From positions 310,001 through 374,000 of the forward strand of contig NIVC01000028.1 in assembly GCA_002269645.1 (NCBI GenBank): 64,000 bases of DNA, given 5' to 3'. The first letter of the stretch is position 1. Each line of letters starts with the position of its first letter. A model generated the notes under the pieces. The model had not been told where the DNA came from. It saw nothing but the letters and a program-made list of their open reading frames with translations, and ran no database searches. The stretch comes from Macrostomum lignano. Taxonomy: Eukaryota. Positions 47,506 to 57,809 of this stretch are shown in pieces. The position numbers were made by a program, and so were the translations under genes.

Positions 47506-50500
47506 TCATTTCCGTGCACCAAAAAACGAGCTCAGGAATCGCGGTTTCAGCTTCCCACCCGCCAGGTACTCGTGCCCCATCAGCTCCAGTGCGGATCTTC
47601 TCTTCCTGCGGTCCTTGGCGGTGCAGCGGCTGTAGAAATCCCTCAGCTCTGCGGACCGGCCGTCCGGCAGGGCGGGGGCGCCCCTCCTGTCGATCAGCTG
47701 GGCCATTTCTAGCAGGCTTTTGGTGTTCGCGAACGGCCTTGAGCCGGACGCCATCTGGAAGACGGAGCAGCCGAACGCCCAGATGTCCGACTCTCTGCTG
47801 TACTGCACGCTGTCCGACTCTCCCGCTCCGAGCAGCTCTGGCGCCATGAAGTTCAGAGTGCCCTTTGGTTTCGAAGTGGAGGCTGAGATGTGGCTGACTG
47901 AATGCTCCAGCTTAATTGACAGGCCGAAGTCGATCAGCTTGATTCGCGTCTTGTCAGCACAAACAATTATGTTGGAGCAGTTGATGTCTCTGTGGATGAC
48001 GGGCGGCTGCTGGCTGTGCAGGTAGAGCAGCGCGCGGCAGATCTGCGAGCGGTCGGTCAGTGAGCAGTCATCATTCATGGGAACATGGAGCAGGAGCATC
48101 AAGGATGCACAATGCTCACCTGCTCGCTGAAGTCTCGGGTCGTCAGCTCGTCCAGCGGCTTGTTGTCGATAAACCTCTCCAAGCTTCGGCCGTCCAGCAG
48201 CTCCATGAACACAACGACTGTGGCGGGCTTCGGCTGAGCGATGTGCAAGAACCTGACGATGTTGGGATGCCGCAGTCGGCACAGGTTTCTCTCGCTCTCG
48301 ACAGCTCTGTGGATCTCTGAGCTTACATCGGTTTGGTCATCACCGAGCTGCACAGGCAGTCTGAGAGTCTTGGCAGCGCACGTGACGCCCGTGTCAGTTC
48401 GAACTTCGTGGACTTCGCCGAAGCCTCCGCGGCCGATGAGACGAACGGCGTCCCAGCGCTCCAGGAATGGGGGGCCTTCGGGTCTGAGGGGATGCGAATT
48501 GAGGCAATGAGGGATAATATGCATGCTGTAGCTGTGTGCTGTAGCTGTGTGCTGTAGCTGTGTGCTGTAGCTGTGTGCTGTAGCTGTGTGCTGTAGCTGT
48601 GTGCTGTAGCTGTGTGTGCTGTAGCTGTGTGTGCTGTAGCTGTGTGCTGTAGCTGTGTGTGCTGTAGTTGTGTGCTGTAGCTGTGTGCTGTAGCTGTGTG
48701 TGCTGTAGTTGTGTGCTGTAGCTGCGTGCTGTAGCTGTGTGTGTTGTAGCTGTGTGCTGTAGCTGTGTGTACAGTAGCTGTGTGTGCTGTAGCTGTGTTT
48801 GCTGTAGCTGTGTGTGCAGTAGCTGTGTGTGCTGTAGCTGTGTGTGCTGTAGCTGTGTGTGCTATAGCTGTGTGCTGTAGCTGCGTGCTTTTCTGTGTGT
48901 GGTGTAGCTGTCTGTACTGAATGAACTCACGGCAGTGCGAGAGGCTCGTCGAAATAAATTTTCCTGTCGTACCTGAAAAAGCAGTGCGGAGTCTGATTTC
49001 TGGCGGAATTCTGGTGAGAGCCCATCATGTTCTGTGCTAACTTACATTCTAACATTCTATTCTACCTAATTATTTTGCTTTATTTATATTTGTTACAAAA
49101 TAGATTTTTAAACATTTTCTGCAATTTAATATGGTTAAATTGAACTTAAATGTCACAGCAAAATGGTTGCTGGTGTCTCACAGCTCGCAGGCAGCTGAGC
49201 ATTAATATTCAACTGGCAATCTGCAGTCAACTGCACTGCAAACTCCTTCACTGCAGCTCAGTCAGTCCCTGCTGCCGATTTAAACTACAAAAATGTAAAA
49301 ATGCTCACTCAGAGCAACTACAGTCAGCTGCTCAATATTCAATCATAAATTACAGCATAATGTTTATCAATGATAAATCAAAGTCAGAGAGACATTCTCA
49401 GTCGCCATGGAAACTCACCCACGCAGCAGCTCAGCCAGTTCGCTTATTCTGTACTCTGTGGCCAAATCCAGCGCAGTCCTGCCGTCTTCGTCCTTCAGGC
49501 TCCAATCCGCCTCTGAGTCCAGCAGAACCCGACCGACTGCGGCGGCGGTGGCAGGGGGCGCAAAGGCTGCCAGGATGAGGGGCGTTGATTTAAAGTCATT
49601 CCTCGCATTGGCGGAGGCTCCGGAAGCCAGCAGAGCGGAGGCTGCGGCAGAATTGCCAGCGGTGGCTGCATGGTGCAGGCAACAAAAAGCCCATCTATTC
49701 GCACAGGTGGGGTCACCCAGCTGCAGCAGCTGCACCCACAGAGCCTCATCACTGCACGAGCTGTTCTGAGCTGCCCGCATCAACGCGGTGCGACCCCAGT
49801 CGTCAGGCAGGTCGCAGCTGCCGCGGGTCGCCGCTCGCCGCAGCCCCGCCAAGTCGCCCGCCTCGGCCAGCCGCTGCAGTTCCTGTCGATCCGCCTCCTC
49901 CTGCAAAGGCGAGCGGGAAATTTGAGCACAGCTGCTCAGCTGCAGCCGCATCGGCACCGCAGATGCCTCTCACCTGGGCTGTCAGGCCGGAGATCCTGCC
50001 ATCCACAACCAGCCGCATCTCACTGCAACAGTAAAAATGAGCAGCGAATTTGCAATTCTCCTAAATCCAATACCTACAATCGCAAAAATAATTATTTCAT
50101 GATAAGTTTTGTAAACAGAAATTCTAATTCTAATTCTAATTCTAATCTGAGCTGCTCGCAGATGGAGTTTCCGAGAGGACTGCAGCAGCTCTGCAACAAT
50201 CAGCATTGGCGAGAGCGCATCCGACTTCTCACATGCAGCTCATTTTCCATTTCTGCAGCATGAGTTTCCTTCCATCTCACAATGTCTCACAAAGCACTCA
50301 CGCACAGCCTCCCAGTTCTCCATCTGCAGCTCCACCACACACTCTCACTGCACACCGAGGCCCTTCAGCTTCCATTCTCGACTGAGATCAACCGGCACCC
50401 CATTGGCTGTGAGGCAGCCAGCCAATCACAGCTCTCGCCCATCAAGCAGTCAGCCAGAGACAAGCTCAGCTGACTGGCTCTGATTGGCTGGCCTGAGACT

Positions 50501-51348
50501 GCAGCTCTGGTCACCCCAGCCGAATGCTGCAAAACTTGATGGACACAGCAGCGAACTGCTCACTCACCGCTCGATGTAGTTGGCCAGCTCTGAGTGGCCG
50601 CTGAGCCTCGCCAGGTCCGACGCCGTCCGACCCTCGCGATCCTTCAGTCCGAGCAGGTGCGACCTCTTTGAGCTTCCGTGCTCCTCGCACTCATTGAACC
50701 TTCCCTGCCTGAGCAGGTGCAGCAGGTGCTTGGCGCATTTCCAGCTTCCAGTCCGCGCCGCCTCCATCAGCGGAGTGGCGCCGTTGTCGTTCCGCAGCCA
50801 CTTCGCATCGAACGACAGCAGCGTCAGCAGCCGCAAGTGGTCCCGTCGGGCTGCCAGGTGCGCAGCCGTGTCGCCGTTCGCGTCAGCCGCCTTGGGGTTC
50901 GCACCCAGCTCAAATAAGTACAAGATGCACTTTTCAGTGTGCACGGGAGTCTCAGGAGCGTCGGCCACCTGCATGAGGACGGTCCGACGAGCTGCATCAG
51001 CGCTGGTGACCAGCTGGCGCGTTGCCAGCCGCCGCACCTCGCCGAATTCACCTCGGATGACGTCGTGGGCGAGAGTCTGGAGATCGGCTGGTGAGTCTCC
51101 GACGCTTGGCCGGTTGCTGGGGTCCGGCTGAGTGAGTTCCTGCAACTGCAATTGAGGCACCCAAGCTGCCCATTCAAACATGTGAGTGAGTCCCTGCAAC
51201 TGCAATTGAGGCACCCAAGCTGCACATTCAAACATGTGAGTGAGTCCATGCAACTGCAATTGAGCCTATAAATATTCTGTCTCAGTTTTCTCACTTTAAC
51301 TTTACTTACTATTTCGTCAATAGATGGTGATCTCCGTCGCTCTGCCAT
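47506..51348 (-). CDS. Ankyrin-repeat Ser/Thr kinase (MAP3K/STE11-like domain), copy A, 7 exons, ~673 aa
   Basis: Exons 51310-51348, 50568-51076, 49974-50022, 49419-49900, 48931-48972, 48120-48483, 47506-48042; phases join (2022 nt). Kinase motifs GRGGFGEV, AAK, HPNIVRF, HRDINCSN, DFG, GTLNFMAPE, SDIWAFG. An extra 3' exon cannot be excluded. Confidence 0.87.
48523..48915. repeat. (GTAGCTGTGTGCT)n 13/15-bp minisatellite in the pre-kinase intron
   Basis: Direct reading. Confidence 0.98.
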
Positions 51349-52127
51349 GGCTGCAAGCTCAGTCCGTCAGTCGCAGGTGTCTCAGCTCAGCCCGAGAGTG
51401 GTGCAGGGCAGCGGCCGCCTCTGCAGCAGATTTTATTGGCCCTGGAGCAGCTGCAGCGAATTCCTTCTCACCCTGCCTTTCTGCCTCTCCTATTGGCTCT
51501 GAGGGAACAGCAGAACTGCTGCAATGTCGGTGCGTGGCTACTTGAAGCAGTCAGTGTGTGACTGCGGAATTTCTTGCGAAGTTGGTGCAATTAACATGAG
51601 TAGAATGCATGAGGGGGCTTCTGGGACAAAATTTTTCACCTCCTCCATAATCCCATTAAATCCATCCATATTATCCCCGACAGAATCAGAGCAGGTGTCC
51701 ACTGATACCTGTTATGCTCACTGACACAGACATAATCCACTGACATCCACCCATAGCATCTTCGAAACAATCAGAAAATAATCTGCATTCTTCTCCCCAC
51801 ATTCAATCCGCAACGTGCTACCAGATCCCTAAGACTTTAAATCCCCTAACCCAGGGTCCTCACCCTTTAAAAAAAATTAAATTCTCAATAAAAATGTTTC
51901 CAGTTGTCTCTCCAGGTTCTTATTATACTCAGCCTAATCCATTGTACAAACCCAAGTACCGATGCAAACTTGAATGCAGCGAGTACATGAGAAAATATTG
52001 GCCCGGCGTTAATATCAATGTCTCTAATATTAATATTATATTTTTGCGCTCCCTCAGCAAATAGCAGTTACCCCACCCCTTTTCGAAATGCAGCTGTTGC
52101 GCTTGGCTGCGAATAATCTTTCCCGAC

Positions 52128-52628
52128 TCAAGCGCCTCTCTCAACCCCCAGCTCTTTCAACAGTCTTCCCAATTCATTGTTTGGAGCACACAAAATAAAC
52201 CCTGCTCCCGTGCGTCCGCCCTCTCTCCCTGTGCACCCGCCCTCTCTCCCCGTGCACCCACCCTCGGCGCCGACCCCCAACCCCAACTTTGTCTTACCAA
52301 AAATAACCGCCTTGACTAATTTCCTAGCAATCGACTCACGAAATCCGCTTGAAATCCCCATATTGTCGAGTCTCCTGAGGATTTCTTTGTCCCAGCGATT
52401 CTTCTCCTCAGGAAAATCTCTATATTTAACATCGTGCCACATGCAGACAGAGTCTAGCTCGTTCACAGGCTCATGCCCAGGATTTGGATTATTGTTTTTA
52501 TCTAACTGTATTTCAAATGGATTCAAAGGCCCACAATATTTGTACCCGGGAAGTGTCCAGCCTTTGTTTGGATGAGGAAGCTTTTCTATCAGTCCATGTG
52601 AATCTAACTTACCACCAGAGTGTTGCAT
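52128..52628 (-). CDS. Parvovirus VP1-type phospholipase A2 domain protein
   Basis: WTLPGYKYCGPLN (Ca-binding loop) and NELDSVCMWHDVKY (catalytic HD..Y); ATG at 52628. Confidence 0.85.
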   Translation of the reverse strand: MQHSGGKLDSHGLIEKLPHPNKGWTLPGYKYCGPLNPFEIQLDKNNNPNPGHEPVNELDSVCMWHDVKYRDFPEEKNRWDKEILRRLDNMGISSGFRESIARKLVKAVIFGKTKLGLGVGAEGGCTGREGGCTGREGGRTGAGFILCAPNNELGRLLKELGVERGA

Positions 52629-52658
52629 TATTTTATTTAAAATTTTCTTTTTAAAAAA

Positions 52659-53468
52659 ATGACAGATCAGAAACTTAAAAAACTCTACTACAGCGACAAA
52701 GGATTCTTTGTAGGCAAAAATGCCGTTAGTAAACTCATGGAGCTGAGTAAGGAACCAAAAGCTACAGTAGAAAAATGGCTCTCTAAGCAGGCTGTCTACC
52801 AAGTCTATTTCCCACCAGTAAAATTTGAAAGGCCCCATTTCAGTATTTATAAACCTAATGAGGCGCACCAAGCAGATCTTCTGTTTCTCCCCAATGACTC
52901 AGGCTACAAGTATGCTCTTACAATTATAGACATTGCTTCCAGATATAAGGAAGCTCGCCCACTCAAGACGAAGAAGTCAGAGGTCGTTGCCAGCGCACTG
53001 CAAGAGATCTATGAAACCTCTCCTCTAACCTATCCAGAAATCTTTATGACGGACCCTGGTAAGGAATTCATGGGTGCAGTGAAATCCCTTATGGAAAAGA
53101 AAAACACAGAGATTCGCTATGGCAGAAAAAACTTGCACAGAGACCAGGCTTTTGTGGAAAGATTCAATCTAACTCTAGCCAAGAGGCTATTCAATAAGCA
53201 GACAGCTGAGGAGCTGAAACTAAAAAGTGGTCAGTACTATTCAAAATATTTACTATTTAAACACACTAATATTAAATTCATGCTCACAATCATCACGATC
53301 GGGGCAGCCCTCTCCTGCCTTAATTGTTATACCTTTGTCTCTTGCAATCTTTTGCAATTCCAGCTGGTGGGCTCTATCATTCCCAGCTTTAACAGCAGTT
53401 GCTACACCTCCAGCTACACCACCTGCGGCACTTACAGCGCCTGCAATGATCGGAATAAGAGCTGCTAA
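52659..53468 (+). CDS. Polinton-type retroviral-like (rve) integrase, C-terminus probably truncated by deletion
   Basis: HQADLL, LTIIDIASRY, MTDPGKEF, QAFVERFNLTL: intact D-D-E. Similarity appears to fade after about residue 190. Confidence 0.88.
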   Translation: MTDQKLKKLYYSDKGFFVGKNAVSKLMELSKEPKATVEKWLSKQAVYQVYFPPVKFERPHFSIYKPNEAHQADLLFLPNDSGYKYALTIIDIASRYKEARPLKTKKSEVVASALQEIYETSPLTYPEIFMTDPGKEFMGAVKSLMEKKNTEIRYGRKNLHRDQAFVERFNLTLAKRLFNKQTAEELKLKSGQYYSKYLLFKHTNIKFMLTIITIGAALSCLNCYTFVSCNLLQFQLVGSIIPSFNSSCYTSSYTTCGTYSACNDRNKSC

Positions 53469-53540
53469 TGGTAGGATTCCTCCTGACTTTTCATCTGTGA
53501 TGCTGTGTCTTTGCTCATTACACTGAACTATTTGCTGCAC
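53253..53540 (-). CDS. Remnant of a small Gly/Ala-rich hydrophobic Polinton protein
   Basis: GGILPLAALIPIIAGAVSAAGGVAGGVATAVKAG..HQLELQK; frame stays open upstream to ~53610 without a Met. Confidence 0.55.
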   Translation of the reverse strand: MQQIVQCNEQRHSITDEKSGGILPLAALIPIIAGAVSAAGGVAGGVATAVKAGNDRAHQLELQKIARDKGITIKAGEGCPDRDDCEHEFNISVFK

Positions 53541-56002
53541 GGGATCGATTTTTACTTTGGCACCTTTAATTGATATAAGACCTGGTTTCTTTGATTCAAT
53601 GATTTTATTGAGATTGGGAAATATGTATAAATATGTATGGGAAATATGTATGGGAAATATATATATGAATGTGGGGAGAAGAATGCAGATTATTTTCTGA
53701 TTGTTTCGAACATGCTATGGGTGGATTTGGAGCTGTTATGCTCAGAGCATAAACCCTCAGAGCATAACAGTAGGACACCTGTTATGCTCTGATTCTGTCA
53801 GGGATAATATGGATGGATTTAATGGGATTATGGAGGATGTTTTGTGAGCGAGTGCGACCCCCCTTTTTTTTCTGATTCTGTCAGGGATAATATGGATGGA
53901 TTTAATGGGATTATGGAGGATGTTTTGTGAGCGAGTGCGACCCCCCTTTTTTTCTGATTCTGTCAGGGATAATATGGATGGATTTAATGGGATTATGGAG
54001 GACGTGAAAAATTTTGTCCCAAAAGCCCCCTCATGCCTTTTACTAACATGGCAAATATGAATAATAATTTTTTTAGGCAGACTCCATTTGTCGATCGGGA
54101 ATTCGAATTGGAAAATACTTTGCTGCGGTGAAGCAGATCAGTGAAAATAAAAACAGCGTCAGCACATTATTGTTCAGTAAGTATTCTGCTCAGACTCAAC
54201 CAGAAGACTCAGACTGCTACTTAGCAGTAGTCAGTGAGTGCTTCTAGAAGCTCACAGTTGCTACTTCAGCTCAAAAATCCACACTGACAAAACTGTTGCG
54301 AGTCGGCAGCGCCAAAAACAAGGAGACTATTTGGAATTAAGAAATTCAGAAATTTACTTATCGAACCCCTGGTCAGCTGATGGGTGCCTCCTTAGTTTAG
54401 AGATGCCAGCAGTGGTGAGCTGCTGCAGGCCTTCAAGGCTTTCTTCGGTGCCCTGCAATCGCAAAACCAAAGCGAAAACCTTTGAAGTTACACGCAGGCA
54501 ATACTTGAAGGACAAACTTTTTTTGACTGCTGAAGTGCGAGGGCAGTCCATAAAGAAGTTACGGTTTTGCCTGTAGATTATTTATTTAACAAGTTTGGAG
54601 CCATTGGAATGCGCAAATCTTAAATTTCATTTGACTGAAAATCTTGTTATTTAAGTCTTTAGTTGAATTCGCTGAGTTGTCAGTTTAAGGGCGGTGATTT
54701 TTATCAATTCAAACTGCGGCAAGAATTTGCCATTGATTGAAACAAAGCTGGTGCCGATCAGGGCAGATTCCGTCTGCGGGTTCCTCAGCTTCAGGGGAAG
54801 AGCAGCTGAGGCTGCGGCTGAGTGGCCGAGATGCTGCCGAAACTCTCGAAGGCTGGCCGAATTGCAGTTGCTTTGCAGGTGGATATACTTTGCCGATGAA
54901 GTTGGTATTCTTGCACTGAATTGAATATCGAGAGAAAATATTATTGTAGAATAATTAGTCGCTACCAGCAACTGCTTTCATGGCGTGACGTCAGAGTGCT
55001 GACGGGCTGCCATGCACACCAGCGAGCGACCACGCAGTCAATTCTGATCGACGACGAGCGGGCGCAAAACGGATTATTCAATTTTTCGTAATTTCCACAG
55101 ACAAAAATGGTTGCAGCAATAATCAGCTGATGCAAGCAGACATAGAAACCATCAGGTGCTGCTGTAAGAAATTTAGAGTTCGAACATTCACTCTGCAGTT
55201 GCATATTTTTACAAATTCATCACACACTGCTCTGTGAATTGAGGCTGTTCTCTCCCCAGACAGCCTCCCAGCCTCTTCAAGTCATGCATGGATTTGACAT
55301 TCCCCAGATAAACTATTTAAGCAATGAAAACCAAGCACTCATCGGTAATATACAGAAATTCGCATAAATTTTAACAGCTAAAAAAGTATTTTCTTATTAA
55401 AGCAAACTCGAACTTCACGTGCTTCAGCTTTGAGCAGTCGTGAGTTATCTAAGAATTCATAGTTTGAGATTGGCTCACCTTGTATTGGGCACACAGAGCC
55501 GCAGGCGGGCAACTTCAGCGCCAAGTCGCACTGCAGGCACTGCGGCACTGATAAGGGCTGCCGATTCCCCAGTGCAGAAACTGCCTCGAGTCCGGCTTAT
55601 CTGCTCTGAGAGACTTTTGCTGCTCCTGGAGAGCAAAAACTGGCATGATTCGGAGACTTTTTCGATAAGATTTGAATAAAGTTTTGCTTTTGCAAGCAAA
55701 ACACATTGGGAGGCTCTTGAGAAGCCAGCATTACTTATTTCTGGCGTTTATTGCTATTTTTCAACATGATGGAGTGAAGTATTTGTGCTGCAATGCCGCC
55801 CCGCAATGTCGGCCGCTTGAGTTGGCGGGGCCAACCCGGCCTCCGATGTACAAGGCTTCATCATAACCCAGCTCAGCTTCCTCATTCTCCATCAGACCCC
55901 TGCTCAGCTTCCTCATTCTTCATCAAATTTCACAAATTCTGTTTTCCAGCGTCCGTGATTTCTGAAAAAAATCAAATGGGACTTTATAGAAATCGGTGGA
56001 TG

Positions 56003-56100
56003 ATGAGCTGTGATGGAGAATGGAGATCATGAGCTGTGATGGAGAATGGGGATCATGAGCTGTGATGGAGAATGGGGATCATGAGCTACGATGGATCATG
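56003..56100. repeat. 26-bp tandem repeat (ATGAGCTGTGATGGAGAATGGGGATC), ~3.5 copies
   Basis: Period 26 at 56003, 56029, 56055, 56081. Confidence 0.93.
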
Positions 56101-57100
56101 AGTGATACTGAGCACTATTGGCCTCACTATCATTCGAGTAACAACCGAATCTCTGAGCTGCAAGTCGGTGGGTGGAAGAGGTTCACGCCCCCAGACTCGA
56201 ACAGAACTGCATCAGGTGCGCACTGAGATTCCGATCAGACCCGATCTGCAGAGGCTGATGAGTCACAAGAGTTGTCCAGCCTGCACTGTGCTGCAATTCA
56301 CTCTTGGCTGCAGCTGATTAACTTTATGCCTGCAGCTTTGAACTGAGACAGGGGATCGAGCTGTACTGAAGACCAGTCTCTGCTCACCATCTTGCAGTCT
56401 CGCCCACCGAAATACGGGATTTCTAGTGAGGTTTCTGAAATTCCCAGTGTCTCTCCCATAAAGTCCGCAGCTTTAAGTCCTGCATGGCTAAGAGCAAACC
56501 TGTGGTAGTGAATATCTGAATTTCAGTGTTGTATTGCTGTTCAGAGGGCTCAGTGAGATGGCATCAGCAGGAACTTTAGTATCTGAGTAAATAAATATTA
56601 TTATTACAATCTTGCAATTTATATTATTGGCATTGAAATTAACCTAATATGTACTGAATATAGAGTTCCAAGTGTGCCGATTTTTTATTTTATAGTATTT
56701 TTGAGGCAAACTAATGGATACAAAGTCAAATGGTGAACAAAAATTTCGACCCAAAAGGAATTAAAATAAAATCTGGAACGCAGAGTAGTTGAGCTTGTTT
56801 TCATTGGTACCGATATGAAGGCCCAAAGCTAGTGCGATTCTCTGCTGGACTTTGGTAGAATTTTCAATGTCTTTATCTTCCTGAGTCACAGGAAAAGCAC
56901 TTTATACTTTTTTAAATTAGAAACTTTATCGGAGATTTCCTGTTTAACTTTAATTTATAGTGGGGAGCACTATAAAAGTTCCAAATGCACTCAACAAGGA
57001 AGTGAACTTTGCTTTCCACCCCACACAGCACTTTAGGCAGGACCCATTCCCCTAAGGCATCTTTGGTCTCGCAGTCCTCCATGTTTCGCAGCCCAGTTTA

Positions 57101-57341
57101 GGGTCGCCATCATAAGCTCCAAAAATCACATCGTCGAAAAGTTTAGCAACCACAATCTCTAGCTCTAACCCTAACCTAACCCTAAGGCACTAACCCTAAC
57201 CCTTAACCTAACCCTCAACCGTAACCCTACTTTTCGACGATGTGACTTTTCGAGCTTGTGATTTTTCGAGCTTATGACTTTTCGGGCTTGTGATGGTGGA
57301 TGCTTTTCGACGATGTGATTTTTCGAGCTTGTGATGTGCCC
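57101..57341. mobile_element. 241-bp MITE with 9-bp TSD (Mutator-type) and internal telomere-like (CCCTAA)n
   Basis: TSD CCCAGTTTA at 57092-57100 and 57342-57350. ~40-bp imperfect TIRs GGG...AAAAATCACATCGTCGAAAAG. Empty site in the paralogous segment at ~47137-47146. Confidence 0.88.
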
Positions 57342-57493
57342 CCCAGTTTATGGTTTGCTAATCTGAACTGTGACAGGGTGCACTTTAATTCTGGGTTGGA
57401 AATTTCTACATGCACATGTAGCACATGCTTTTCGGTTGACCAGTACCATTTAAAACTAAAGTAAAAGTGACTCAGATCTGAACAGCTCGGTAA

Positions 57494-57630
57494 TCTTTGT
57501 CTACTCTTTGTCTACTCTTTGTCTAATATTTGTCTACTCTTTGTCTACTATTTGTCTACTCTTTGTCTACTCTTTGTCTACTCTATGTCTATGCTTTGTC
57601 TACTCTTTGTCCACTCTTTGTCTACTCTTG
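57494..57630. repeat. 11-bp (TCTTTGTCTAC)n array, ~12 copies (about 3 copies in the paralogue at ~47290-47325)
   Basis: Direct reading. Confidence 0.92.
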
Positions 57631-57809
57631 CAATTTCTAATTTAAAACTCAGGCACTACCAGTACTTTGGCTATCTTGTAAAATTATCATGTCAGGGACG
57701 AAAAAAGTTTCTAAAAATTGCTCAAACGAAGTTTACTGCAGACAGTTCCAAACTAAACAAAAGCTACGTAGAAATTTTCGCCATCGAAGAGCGCTCTGAC
57801 CGGTGTCTG

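Larger units (their letters stand above)
51599..54044. mobile_element. Miniature, internally deleted Polinton/Maverick (adintovirus-like) element, 2446 bp
   Basis: Termini AGTA...TACT and perfect 6-bp TSD AACATG (51593-51598, 54045-54050). Long TIRs at 51599-51804 and 53667-54044; the right TIR has an ~82-bp unit triplicated. Encodes an rve integrase and a viral-type PLA2. Confidence 0.88.

Noticed and set aside
51077-51265. ORF-track N-terminal extension of the ANK proteins (MQLQELTHMSECTAWLPQ repeats; also 61336-61520)
   Set aside because: Lies between a strong GTAAGT donor (51309, 61570) and a CAG acceptor, and the caspase copy has only a remnant; interpreted as an intronic 60-bp repeat.
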